Shown here piece after piece: positions 10,401 to 22,899 of a stretch of DNA of 64,000 bases. The stretch lies in the NCBI GenBank assembly GCA_964188305.1, contig OZ076901.1, one strand, 5' to 3'. The stretch is from Podarcis bocagei (taxonomy: Eukaryota). The notes below the pieces were generated by a model, which worked only from the letters and a program-made list of their open reading frames with translations, had not been told where the DNA came from and did not search any database. The first letter of the stretch is position 1, and every line of letters starts with the position of its first letter. The position numbers and the translations under genes were made by a program.

Positions 10401-13400
10401 TTTCTGTATGCATTTTTTAAAATGGAAAGCTATATCACAATATAGGGAGAAGGACAGATGTCAAAGGACAGCTGAGTTTGGGTTCCCTGAGCAAATTTCC
10501 TTCCCAGTCTTACAGAAGAATGCCACCTATCCTCTGGGCTCAGAATTCCAGAACCTCTCCGTTCATTATAATTTTCTTCCCCTGATCAGAGTTTTAAGTT
10601 TAGGTCATTGCTCATTTCTACCATGGAAGCTCCATCTCTTTCCTCCCGCCATCCCACTTATTCTTCTTCCCCTGATACTCTTTCTAGGTTCCCCTCTCTC
10701 TACCACTTCCCCTCCCTATTTTGTCCCCACCTCCAACCTCCAAACCTAAACAAGTTTCCAGCTCTGCACCACCATCAACCAAAGGGACAGGTGTGCATTC
10801 ACACATTCTTGGACTAAATCAAATTGAAATGAGGCGGCACTGCAGTATTTATTTTTGGGAAAGTGAAGGGCGTCCCTTCCTTAGCATTACTTCCACACTG
10901 TTTCCAGTCCTCAGGGAACTTCATGTATGATCAGCCATCCCTACAACTCTCTCCCTCTCTCTGGAGGATGTGGGGTAGCACAAAGAGAAGAGCCCACTCA
11001 TTGCTTCCTCTCATGCTGAATTCATATATTGCCAAGCAAAATGTTGCTGCTCGGCTTCCCTGCCCCTGGGTAGAGAAGTGGAATGGCAATATTTTGCAGA
11101 ATGCCTGCCCAGTGGCGGAAGTCGTGGTGGGCCATGGGGGTTGGGGGCAGGAAGCAACAATTCCATTTTACTTCATGTGGCAAAATGGGATGGGCCTTCC
11201 CTGAATCAGTTGCAAAGAAGATGTTTTCAGAATGTTTTAAACTGTTTTTAGAAATTTATTTTGATGCGTTTGCCACTCTGGTCTCCCAAGGAAGGAAAGG
11301 CGTGAAATAGTTTTAAGAAATAAACTACAGTACCACAAACGGTCCAGTTGCAATCATTTAATGAGCTAGGGCCATACCGCTAAATATATGATAAGGTGGG
11401 CAGGGGGAGATAATTTATGAAAACTTGTTTGGGATGGCCTTGTTCAGAATATGATGCCCACAATCCTCCAACTGATTTTACACAGGCCGTACTAGAGACC
11501 AGGTGGAAAGGCTGACCCCAATTGCAATGGAACACAATCAGAGAAAACCAATTTACAGTTGACCTCTTTGTGCTGATTGCGGTGATGCGGTTGACCCAGT
11601 TCCATTCTGAGGCTTGTACCTCAGTCAGTCAAGGAGTGTAGCCTTTGGGCTTGTTTTCAGTGCTTGGATTTAAACTGATACAACAAGGGCCTGCAACAAA
11701 ATATTGCAGCATAGCGTGCTCCTGTTTAGTTCCAGCCAGCCAGCCAGCCAGCCAGCCATACCCTCTCCCAGGTTACTCCATTCCCTGCTTCATTGATTTC
11801 TAATTCCCTAAGCCCTAGCAATCAGTCAACACTCCTCACCAACTGAGCATGCTCAGTCCTCACTGGGCCCTTTGGGGGTTATCCTCCTCTTACGCTTCCC
11901 CTCCCCTCCCCACTTCTACAAAATTTGAGCTCCCCCCCCATGTCTGCTGATTCCTCCCTCTTGCAGATGGCATGTTGAATGTGCATTTTGTGCACCCCCC
12001 AAAAGAAATGCCTCTTCCCGAGACTTTGGGAGTTATAGTGGACAAAACTGGCTTAAGCAGACCAAGGATCTGATCTGTTCAAAGATCAGCATCTTGAGTT
12101 GCTAGTGCTGCCATGGACATTTATTCCATTTGGCAACAGCCATCATTATGTCCCAGGAGATATGGGGAGGTGGCGGCACTGCCTGTATCACCGCATAATG
12201 TGCAGGCGCCTGTTGCCTCCATACTAATGCTGCCATTGTGCTTTATCTGCTTTTCTCAGAGTCCCTGGCCTGACTCTGGAACCGCCCTGCCTGGCAGGGA
12301 CTAGGGAGGCCACATGCCTCTGGGACTGTTCTGCCAACTCAGAGGACCTGCTGATTTAGGAGTCTGCTAGGAAAGGAGCCAGCTGGCAAACTGACCACAA
12401 CATCAAACAGCAACCGGCATTAATGTCCAGGGTCATCAGCCCAAGCAGGGCAGACACAAGGCACAGAAGTGAGTCCAATTTCAGAATCTGAGGGTGGTGC
12501 AGGAAGCTCAGGCTATGTTCACCCCACACAGTGCCTGTGATACGACTTTAATGGCTTTCTCCTGACGAATTCTTGGAACTGTAGTTTTCTAAAGGTGTTG
12601 AGAGTTACCAGGTGACCCCAATTCTCCCCCCAGAGCTAAAATTCTCAGACTGGTATAACAATCAATCCCTCTTTCCAGGGAGTTCTGGGAACTGTAGCTC
12701 CGTGAGATGAATATGGGGTGTCCTAACAAGCAGGGAGCTGCCACGCTAAACGATTGATTTATTACAACTGCGGAACAGATATTATGTGGCACTTGCAACA
12801 GTGCCAAATCTGCAGATTGAAGCGGTTGAGTGGGTATCTGTGGGGTAAAGCAATACTGCAAGCTGGTCCCTAGCCAGTTTCTGTATGAAATATCATAAAG
12901 GTAGAGAAAGTGCAGTAAAGGGCAAGGAAAGTTATTTGAGACTTTTACGTTTAGCCAAAAAAGATGAGGTAGGGAAGACAGGATGGAGGTTTCTAAAATT
13001 ATCGTCAGTAAGAAAAGAATCAATAGCAATAAAAGAAGACTCACAACACTAGAACTCAGGGTCATCCCATGAATCTGATGGGCAGCAGGTTGGGACTGAC
13101 AAAACAAAGCGATTCTTCACCAAGGCGCAGGTAGCTTACAGAACTCACTGCCACATGATGCAGTGCTGGCTGCGAGCTGAGATGGCTTTACAGAGGATGA
13201 CCCAAGTGAATACAGGAGGAGTGATTTGTCAGAGGCTGATAGCTGGAATGACGGTACAGAAGCTCCAGGGTCAGAAGCAGTGTACCCGCAAATAAGAAAC
13301 ATTAGCGTTGAAACAATATAGAGAATGATAATCTTGCTCTGCTTCCCAGTGGAATCTGGTTGGTGAAGCCGGGAAGCAGGTTGCAAGTGGGCCGTTGGTC

Positions 13401-15146
13401 TGAACCAGCAGGACTCTTTAAAGCCCAGCTCTTTGCTCTCCTCATTTACCAAGTCACATGATGATCTGCATGGTGCACACTGTTGTTTGGGATGTGAATT
13501 GGTGCCCTCCCTGCACCATTTGAAGCTTGTTGTCTAGGGCAGGGGTACCCATGTGCCGCCTTGAAGACTCCAACTCCCATCAGCCCCTGCCACCATGTCC
13601 AATGATGGGGGGAGTTGCGTTCTAATAATGTCTGGAGGGCACCACATTGGCTACCCTCTGATCTGTGGCTCTGGATCACCTGCAAAGCAGCCAGAATGAC
13701 ACAGTTTGGGGTGAACCGTCACCTCCATCACCTTCCTCAAGGGGCCCACCTGGGCTGGTCTCAGGCTTTGAATGTGCAGCTTTGGGAAGCACCGAGCAGC
13801 GGTCTCCCTTACATATGGGTCTTGCGAGCCCATCATGGGCTAGGGAGAAAAAGCTACCTTCCCCCTCCTGTTCTGTATTCCTCTCCCTCCTCCAAAGTGG
13901 CCTCTTGCCTGCCTCTCCACTCAACTCGCTTCGCCTTCGGTGACCCCCCACTAATCTCCCTGCTGTCGCTCCTGCTTTGCATTTACCGTCTTCCTGCCTG
14001 CAGCTGAAACAGATTCATACAATATAAGGGCTTTCAGGGGAAAAAAGTGCTGTCCTCATTTAGCAGTCAAGCACCAGCATGCTCTGCTGGCAGATCACCC
14101 ATCTGCCATGGCATCCGCCTGCCCTCCCTCTCTCTCCATGCTCTGTGTGGACATCTTCCCAGTCTCGGGCATGCTGGCTGGTGGGAAGCCCTATGCTTCG
14201 CCACAGGCAAAGCTCCCCCTTGGGAACCTGCACACAGGCCCCCTGAATCATTGTTGCTGGCCTCCTCAATGGTCTGAGTCCTGCAAGAGGGATGAAACCA
14301 GAGCCAACAGCAAAGAGCAGCAGCCGTTGACTCTGGACCTGCCCTCTCCCCCTTTCTCATCTGGTCCCATGGCATAGTCCAGCATCCCAAAGGGGCTACT
14401 GCTCTCCTTTCATATTGCACCACCACCATTTTCTCCCAAGCTGATACCCAGGCAATCCACCCAGGCCCTGAAATGGTTTGCAATTCCCATCTCACAGAGT
14501 TGGAGAAGTGCTCACAGGATGTACCACAACAGCCATTGCTTGCTATGAGTGACAGGCTTAAGATCATACAAAGAAAGACCTGTGGTTTTTTGCTTCTCAC
14601 CCAGAAAAGGAATCATCATGCAGCAAGGGGTTCTTGATGGGAAGTTACCTTTTGGGGATGAGTGGGTGGGAGAGACCTAATAGCTGAGGGAGTCAGACTG
14701 GACCACCAGCTGACTACCAGGGTGCTTAAGCTGTATGTCAGGAATGGGGCACCAGTTGCCCTCCAGTTGCTTTTGGACTCCAACTCCCATCAGCCCCAGC
14801 CAACATGGTCAATGGTCAGGGTCTATGAGAGTTGGGAGTCCAGCATCCAGTTCCCTATCTCTGATATATGAAGCAGCATTCCACACTGCATACAAAAAAA
14901 AAAAAAATATTTAGATGAGACATTTCCTTCTGAGAGCAAGGAAGACCTCCTCTTGAATCAGGAATGGAAACATCTATGGCACACCAGATGTTGTCAGACT
15001 CCAACTCCCATCAGCCCCAATCAGTATGACCAATGGTCAAGGAGAATGGGTGTTGTTGTCCAGCTGTGCCTGGAGGAATGGAGGATCCCCATCCCTGATC
15101 CATGGAAAGGTCCAGATTGTGGACAGGCAGTGGCCCTCATCCTTAC

Positions 15147-15260
15147 CATCTTGTCGGAGTGAGGGGTTGGCTCGGTGGCTGCCATGTCGTAGTAGGGGGG
15201 TTGTGGTGGCAACTTCTGGATCTCTTCCTCTGGCTCCTTCATGTTGTCCAAGTGCACGAC
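15147..15260 (-). CDS. NECTIN1: Nectin-1 beta exon 3
   Basis: ccacag acceptor, phase 0; ATG|gtaagg donor, phase 0; 114 nt. Encodes VVHLDNMKEPEEEIQKLPPQPPYYDMAATEPTPHSDKM, compared with human beta VVHLD...EEEDLQKLSLQPPYYDL as recalled. Confidence 0.92.
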
Positions 15261-15657
15261 CTGTGGTTGGTGGGGTGAGTAAAGTTCAAGAGGGCAGATT
15301 AGCAACTATTCACAAATATTATCAGTACACCATCCATATTATTTGCCTATTAGAATTATCTTCTCTCCCTCTCTCCCCAATTCCCTTTCCCCCTTAATTC
15401 TATTTCATTCCACCCCTTTTTCTTTTCCGTGCCAGATTTGCAAACTGAATTACAGTATCCCTTGAAGGAACTATGGAAATTGCTACCTCACCACATCCTA
15501 CCTCACCATCCTACCTTATCACACCCATCCTACCATATTGACTCCCCCACCAAAAGGCTTCCCCAGATAGGATGGGCAGAGCAATTCTGACAAGTGGCTG
15601 GAGAAACCATGCTTCATTCTGCTTCAGGTGAGGATGGTCAGCAACAGAGGAAGGTAC

Positions 15658-15748
15658 CTGGATATCCTCTGCTGTTAGGTGGCTTTTCATCTCCTGCTTC
15701 CGCTTGGGAGGTGGGGGAGCAGGTTTGTGGGAGGGGGGAAGGTCAATC
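15658..15748 (-). CDS. NECTIN1: Nectin-1 beta exon 2 (proline-rich)
   Basis: ttcctgcag acceptor, phase 2 (CT+G=Leu); CAG|gtacct donor, phase 0. Encodes IDLPPSHKPAPPPPKRKQEMKSHLTAEDIQ. Confidence 0.9.
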
Positions 15749-15994
15749 CTGCAGGAAGAGAAATGGTCAGCCATAGACACAATGCAGGACACAGGAACAC
15801 AATGCGAGGTTCCAGCCTTCATCTTACAACAGGGTCACTAATGTGGTGCTTTTGGATGCCAGTGTGCTCACTGATACCTCCTATGATGCTCGTGAAAGGT
15901 CTCTGTAAATATCCCTGCAGAAATCCACCATCTTCTCCCCTCCTGCTGAGTTCTTTGTTTGCATTGGATCAGCCTCTCCCAAATTGAATACACA

Positions 15995-16200
15995 CCTTCC
16001 AGTAGCACCTTAAAGACCAACTAAGTTAGTTCTTGGTATGAGCTTTCGTGTGCATGCACACTTCTTCAGATACACATGCACACGAAGTGTGCATGCACAC
16101 GAAAGCTCATACCAAGAACTAACTTAGTTGGTCTTTAAGGTGCTACTGGAAGGATTTTTTTTATTTTGACTATGGCAGACCAACACGGCTACCTATCTGC
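15995..16200. mobile_element. Short Penelope-like (Neptune-type) insertion of two inverted pLTR pieces
   Basis: 69-bp perfect inverted arms (15995-16063 and 16085-16153), tail ggcagaccaacacggctacc, flanking near-direct repeat aa(t/c)tgaatacacacc. Confidence 0.82.
16036..16073 (-). ncRNA. Minimal type-I hammerhead ribozyme motif
   Basis: Minus strand GTAT-CTGAAGA-a-GTGTG catg CACAC-GAA-AGCT-C-ATAC: 4-bp stem I, 5-bp stem II, palindromic stem III, UC cleavage site. Confidence 0.75.
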
Positions 16201-17060
16201 AACTGAATACACACCCTTAGACATGCCCATATTTCATTGGATGCCAGGAATGGATCACTCCCACTTCAGTTCTGAACAGAGGAGAGGAGCAAAGAGCTTC
16301 TCTCAAGGAGTGAGCACAGTGGTGGCTGATGTAGGTTCCCCCCATTTAGAATATTATTAAGCAATCCCAGAGTCTCCACAATAAAACTGGCTCCACGTAC
16401 AGAGTGAGTCAAAGCTGATGTGCCATTGGTGCATAACTGGCATACAGGAATGGGCTCAAGTGGGGAGTGAGATGCATTTACAAAAATGGACAGGCCATGC
16501 ATTGTCCTGGCACAATAACATTTTCCCTAGAAACCCTATTCATCTCCAGGGATGCTTTGAGAAGCTGCAGGCAGGCAGAGGAGAGAGGGAGGTATGTTCA
16601 AATGCCCTCTGAAGAAAGAATATTTTCTTTACCAGTACTAAGAAAATGGTCCCGTTAAAAGGGGAAGCAATGAGATGACGGCTTGCAAGCCCAGGACAGG
16701 GACTTGCCAAAGCTATTTGCCTCTTAGAGTTGAAACTAGATGGGCAGAAAGGGCGGTCCAGAGAGCGCAAAAGTGAATCCTCTACACTAGACTTCCATTG
16801 GATGTATCTGACCTCAATGCATCCCATTGATGGGGGCCTCAGGTTGCTCTTGAGCTGTGTCATGGAAGATCAGCACCACGGACAGCTCTTTCCTACTATT
16901 AGAGGTGCTTAACACGGTTCCTCAATCCAGGGAATGCCCATGCAATAGCATCTTCCACAATTGGTGCCTTATCCTTTTACTGGCCCATGCAATCTCAAAG
17001 TTGATCCTCCTCCTTCTTGGGAGAACAGATATGGGGTTGTGGTGGGCGTGTGGTACTCAC

Positions 17061-17208
17061 AGATCATTGTCGGTGTCAGAGCGGCCCTTTTGCTGTCGCC
17101 TGTAGACAATGAAGACAGTCACAGCCACGCTGATAATGAGGGCAGCAGCAGCAACGACGCCCAGGATTCCAAAAATGCCTCCTGGTATCCCTTGGGGCAA
17201 TGGCTTAT
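17061..17208 (-). CDS. NECTIN1: Nectin-1 beta isoform exon 1 (alternative TM exon)
   Basis: ttacag acceptor, phase 1 (same as the alpha exon); CT|gtgagt donor. Encodes (D)KPLPQGIPGGIFGILGVVAAAALIISVAVTVFIVYRRQQKGRSDTDND(L), resembling human beta/HIgR EKPRPQ...FFLYNRQQK as recalled. Not represented in the ORF track. Confidence 0.92.
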
Positions 17209-17387
17209 CTGTAATGAATAGGAAAATGTAGTCTTAGGCACTAAGATCATATAAGCAGCATTCTATCATTTCTCATTTGCAGAACTGCTCCAAGCCTGCA
17301 AAAAAACCAAATGTGGAGTATTACCCTTACATCAACTCTGCATGGTAGGCTCTTATCACGCCATTTATTCCCTTGATGGGCAACAAA

Positions 17388-17580
17388 GGGAAGGGTTGCA
17401 GCTCACTGGCAGAGCATCAGTTCTGCAAGCAGAAGATTCCTCCCATCCAATCCTTGGTATCTCCAGGTAGCTCTGGGAACATCCCCTGCCTGAAACCCTG
17501 AAGAGCTGCTGCCAGTCAGTGCAGGCAGTACTAAGCTGGATAGTGTGGCTTAATATAAGGCAGCTTTGTCTGCTCCTATG
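17388..17580 (+). mobile_element. tRNA-derived squamate SINE
   Basis: tRNA-like head (gcagctcactggcagagcat...), ctccaggtag...cctgaaaccctg...ctgccagtcag body, taaggcagct tail. Confidence 0.7.
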
Positions 17581-17862
17581 ACTCTTTCTGTTTGCATTTT
17601 AATTCTCATAGCAAAGTTGACTTCAATTAAATGGTATATAAATGCTGTGAAACATGTGAACAAATAAATAAAATAAAGGGGGAGCAATATCTACGGGAGT
17701 GTTAATACTCTGAGCCCTTGCTTCCTATGCTCAGGTTGTATATATGCGTAAATAAAGCCATATATCAGAAAGATACCATCTGAGCTGCATCCCAAGGAAT
17801 TTAAACCTAGGTAAGTGCAGGAACCTCTGGAGTCTCTCCCTGCTTAGAGATTGGCGTGGTAT

Positions 17863-17865
<3 letters not shown>

Positions 17866-17912
<47 letters not shown>
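17866..17912. repeat. (AC)n microsatellite
   Basis: Read directly. Confidence 0.97.
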
Positions 17913-17913
<1 letters not shown>

Positions 17914-18079
17914 GTGATGAATATTTTTAGGACCCACCTTATTTTTGTGATCGTAAGTTGTTTTGAACTGTTTTAAATATTGTATTTTAATTGTTCTAGC
18001 TTGCCCCGGGATCTTGAAGTGGAGGGTGGGTAAAGAACAACAACACATGTTCTAAATAAATAAATGAAAAATAAATAAG

Positions 18080-18500
18080 TGTATGGAAGTGAGAGCTGGA
18101 CCATAAAGAAGGCTGATCGCTGAAGAATTGATGCTTTTGAATTATGGTGCTGGAGGAGACTCTTGAGAGTCCCATGGACTGCAAGAAGATCAAACCTATC
18201 CATTCTGAAGGAAATCAGCCCTGAGTGCTCACTGGAAGGACAGATTCTGAAGCTGAGACTCCAATACTTTGGCCACCTCATGAGAACAGAAGACTCCCTG
18301 GAAAAGACCCTGATGTTGGGAAAGATGGTGGGCACAAGGAGAAGGGGACGACAGAGGACAAGATGGTTGGACAGTGTTCTCAAAGCTACCAGCATGAGTT
18401 TGACCAAACTGGGGGAGGCAGTGGAAGACAGGAGTGCCTGGCGTGCTCTGGTCCATAGGGTCATGAAGAGTCGGACACGACTAAACGACTAAACAACAAC
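18080..18500 (+). mobile_element. Bov-B (RTE) LINE 3' fragment
   Basis: RVPWTARRSNLSILKEISPECSLEGQILKLRLQYFGHLMR...WRALVH; (caa)n tail; TSD aaataaataag at 18069-18079 and 18501-18511. Confidence 0.93.
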
Positions 18501-19439
18501 AAATAAATAAGAGCGCAAAGTGGCTTGGAATGGATGGAGGCAGAAGGGCCAACCCTGTGCAAATTGCACCCCTCTTCCTACCTCTTTGCAGCAGAAAATC
18601 AGTATTGGCTGCAAGTCTCAGCCCAGTACGCAACCTAGAAACTGACCCATATTGAGTCAGTTTATACCTGCTCAGGAAAGGTGCTTCTTTAGCTGGTTCC
18701 CCAGCAAGCAGATGTGCACACCCCCCCCATGCACACAAATACTGCCTCTACCTTCCTGTGATCCCACCAGTTGTACATCTTCATCTCGCCAGGCTGTCAT
18801 CTTTCCCGTGTTTGCTTGTCTTTGTTGAGTTGTTTTATTCTCCTGGCCCTGATATACTCTCACGTCTTTTTTAAAAAATAAAGCTGCCTGCCGGGTGATA
18901 AATGGATCCTGCCGGGCCTCCATCATGCAGCGACAGGTTCCTTCTGAGCTGCTGCCGTTGCTGGTCTGTTGGGGAAATGCCTTGATGGTGAGGAAGAGTG
19001 GGCGGTGCCTTCTGTAGAAGGGGATGCGATGATGTTGGGAGGGACATGGGACCAAAAACCTAGGACCTGCTGGTTCCGTGCTAGACTCCCATTTTTAAGC
19101 CAGTTTGCACGTGGATGTTCAGCAGCTGACAAGGGCACCCTCAGGTGTAGTCTTTCATGTGTGAATGAGCCAAATGCAGCTAGAATTTGCCATCTCCCCT
19201 CCTCACTTTTATTTCAGCAGATCCTGTTCACGCATTCAGGCCAGCTCCACACAGACAACAAAATGAGGTGGTACATTGGAAATGGCACATTTTCATACTG
19301 GAAGTGGAGGTGGGTTATGTTTTATGAGGGAGGAAGGGAGGGAGGGAGGGAGGGAGGGAGGGTGAGGGAAAGGACAAGGAGGAAAGAGAAAAGCATAGGG
19401 AAAAGAAAAAGAAGAAAGAAAGGCATAGAGAAGGATGGA

Positions 19440-19650
19440 ATTAGAAAACTCTGCGATCTAAGACTTTGGGAGACCAGAGTTCAGTCCTCAGCCATGAAAC
19501 TCATTGGGTAGTCTTAGGTCAGTCACTGCCTCTCAGCCTAACCAACCTCAGGTGATTGTGGGGATTAAAAGAGGAAGCAGAGAACCATATAAACCACTTT
19601 GCACTCCTTTCAAAAACAGGTGGAGTGGGACATAAATTCAATAAATAAGT
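19440..19650 (+). mobile_element. MIR/CORE-like SINE relic
   Basis: ggagaccagagttcagtcctc...ttaggtcagtcactgcctctcagcct...gattgtgtgggattaaa resembles a CORE-SINE body. Confidence 0.55.
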
Positions 19651-19779
19651 GAAATGCATAAATAAATGCAATAAATAGAGCTAGCAAGGAAAAATGTTCT
19701 AACCCAACCTTTCCTGTGCTTTCCTACTTTTCTACATTCAGAGAGTCTAAGCTTTACTTGTACAGGAGACAATCCATAT

Positions 19780-19791
19780 TCTCTCTCCCTC

Positions 19792-19847
<56 letters not shown>
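19780..19847. repeat. Compound (CT)n(CA)n microsatellite
   Basis: Read directly. Confidence 0.95.
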
Positions 19848-22800
19848 GACTGTCTAACATGTTGAACTCAACTTTATTTTGCTTTATGCTTAGAGCAGGT
19901 GTGAGGAATCTGTGGCCATCCTGATGTTGCTGAACTACACCTCCCATCAGCCCTAGCAAGCACAGTCAATAACTAGGGATGATGGGAGTTGTAGTTCAGC
20001 AACATTTAGAGGGACAAAGCTTCCCCACACCTGGAACAGAGCAACCCTTGGCTGTAAAAAATCCATGGTGTGTGTTGATAACCACACACACAGAGAGAGA
20101 GATTGCAGTGAGTGACATTCGCTGTCCTCAAGCTTATAGTGAAGACATGAAAATGAAAACGACAAAACGAGAAGAGAGGAGGAGGAAGGAGAAAAATGGC
20201 AAACTCAATCACTCATCTTAAGTAACAGAGTTCTTGTAACAACCAGCTTAAGATTTCAAGGAAAGGAGCAGAGAAATGTTGTTGGTTTCTCAGCTGAGAC
20301 CATGGAGAGGCCTTGTTTCCCTTCTCTCTGTTATAGCCAGGTGACAATTGTTGGGTTATTTTACGCTGCCTTTGTCTTCCTTTCATTTTAAAATTTCCAT
20401 TTCTCATTTCATTTCATTGTACTGTATTGTTTATCGGATGGCTTGTTTTAGCCGTTTTATATTCCCGTGCACATCTTTGATAGTTGCATGGCAAGAGAAG
20501 TAGCATATTGGTTCTAGTCTGGACTGGAAAAGCAGAAACAAAGCAGTGTAGAAGCAGATTTCAGCTGAGCGTTAGGAAAACCTTCCTAATGGCAAGAGCT
20601 GTTTGGAAGTGGGGCAGATCTGCCCTGGAGGTAGTTGAGCCGACACCTGTCATGGGTGCCACCATCACATCGTGTAATGCAGAGCCATTTTGCATTCATT
20701 GGTGGGCTTGGCTAGATGATTTCTGGCTTACTCCTTCCTACTCTATGATTAAAAAAAAATCTTCTTATAAGGAACCCCATAAATAAATATGAAAACAAAG
20801 GGGCAAAATCCAGCACCCTCCAAATAATTTTTGGGGTGCTGCTGAAATTCTGGAGCAGCTCAAATTCCAGGAGCCTTTCTACCTAAACCAAAGTCACATT
20901 TGTATTTCCAATTGCTATTTGCTTATTTTTGGCATTTAAATGCTGCTTAATCATTAGCATATCTTAAACGGAGTACATAAATAAAAAGTACACCAAGTCA
21001 AACAAACAAACAAACAAACAAACAAACAAGCAAGCAACAGCCCTCAATTAAACTGAGTCCAGTTATTATCTAAAAATGCCTGCTGGAGCAAGAAAGTTGT
21101 TGTTCAGCAAAGAGGATGCCTGTACAATCTTAGCCCGGAGGCTTGGACCCACAACATGGAATGTGCAGCTTCTAGTTGCTAGGAGCTCTGCGTCTGAGCC
21201 AAGCAGGGGCACAAGTAGTGACTCCCCCCAAATCTCAGTGGCTGGGCTGTGATATAAGGGACTAAGCAGTGCTTCCTTGCAAGGTCAGATACAAAGATAA
21301 CCTCAGTCTTTGCATAGTGGCATTCAGAATCCCTCTTATCCTGTCCTGTCCAAAAAGATTTTACACAGTGCTGAACATCTCTCTTCCTTGCAGATTATTT
21401 GAGAGAACTCACCCTGTAAAATCAGCCAGAGAAGACTCAATGAAAAGGGAACAGACGTCTCAGTCAGCGCCCTCCCTCCATGGAACTGGAAGGCCCCAAT
21501 CCAAGTTAGGTGGGCGGGGGATACAGAGACTGGGGTTGACCTCAGAGTGTGAAAATGACCTTCACATTCAAAGGCAGGGAATTGGGGGGGGGGGTTGGAA
21601 CTGGGGTGGGCGGGGAGGCTGCATTGGTGGGGGGGGGGAGCTTGATGGGAAAGGGCTTTGAAACATATGATAAAAGGATTTAATTTGCTCTACCTTCCAA
21701 GCTAATTAAAGTTGAAAACCAGCTAATTGGTACTTTGTACTTCCAGCTCCAGTGGTGATGAAAGGGAAAGATAATTGCAGGAGAGGAGGGGGGAAATTAA
21801 AATGGGGGGGGGAGAGGGCAAAATGATCTGATCACCTGCAAATAATGGAAGGGTGAGGGAGGAGAATAGAATATGTAGCTTGTAACAAAGCACATCCAAG
21901 ACTGATGTCTTAAGGGGTGTGTGTGTGTGTGGAGAAACGCTACAGAGATTATCCTCCTCCTAACATCTGCTGACATAAAACAGGCATGTGAGTGTTACAT
22001 TATGTGAAACAGAATTTTGTGACACGCCAGTGTGAGCAAGCCAAAGAAGCGAGCTGTTTTCATGAGGTCTGACAGCGCGGCCCATCAAAAGGGTTCTTTC
22101 CTGCCTTCCGTGAAGGAAGCAAATCTTCACAATCAAGTCGAAAGGTCCCCGTGCTAGATTTTGCCATCGTAAATGCGGCAGCCTTGTTCCCACTTGTGAC
22201 TGTTGCGTGGATGAAGACATTTTTGGGAGTGCTGTCAAACATTTGAGATTTTCTATTCCACTCCTAAAGGTACAGGAGCGGCACTGCCCTAATGGCAGCC
22301 AATGGCCCAAACCTGGGGAGTTGTTATTGGACTCCAACTCCCATCAGCTCCAGCCCACTTGGTCAGTGGTCAGGGATGATAGGAATTGTAGTCCAGCAAC
22401 ATCTGGAGGTCCACAGGTCTTCCACCCTTGCTCAACCGCATGGATAGGGAACCTCTGCCTTTCTAGATGTTGCTGGTATACATCTCCCATCATCCCTGAT
22501 GATTGTCTCCACTGGCTGGTCCTGATGAGAGCTGGAGTTCAGCAGCATCACATGTGCCACAGGTCCCCCTTCCGGGTCTCTGGTCCCTGTGCCAACAATA
22601 TCCACTTCCACAAGAGTTTGTTTTAAATTATGTGGGGAGAAACTCTTGTTGAGTAAGAACACAAGAGTGTGCTGGATCAGACCAATGGCCCATCTAGTCA
22701 AGTATCTTGTTCTCACAGTGGCTGACCAGATGCCTGTGGGAAGTCCTTGAGCAGGACTTGAGTGCAGAAGCCCTTTCCTTTTCTGTGGTTTCCAGTAGCT

Positions 22801-22899
22801 GACATTCAGAAGCATTACTGCCTCCAACTGATTGAGCAATGGACTCCCTTAGTTTACACCCAGAACCAGGTGCCAATCTATCAACTTCATATATATATG

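Noticed and set aside
15995-16153. Long hairpin as a pre-miRNA
   Set aside because: Explained by inverted Penelope pLTR pieces, with a second copy at 52 kb.
16961-17221. 86-aa plus-strand ORF
   Set aside because: Antisense of the beta TM exon.
21407-21460. Minus-strand pyrimidine tract-cag-g-gtgagt
   Set aside because: One base separates AG and GT, so it is neither a canonical recursive site nor a plausible exon.
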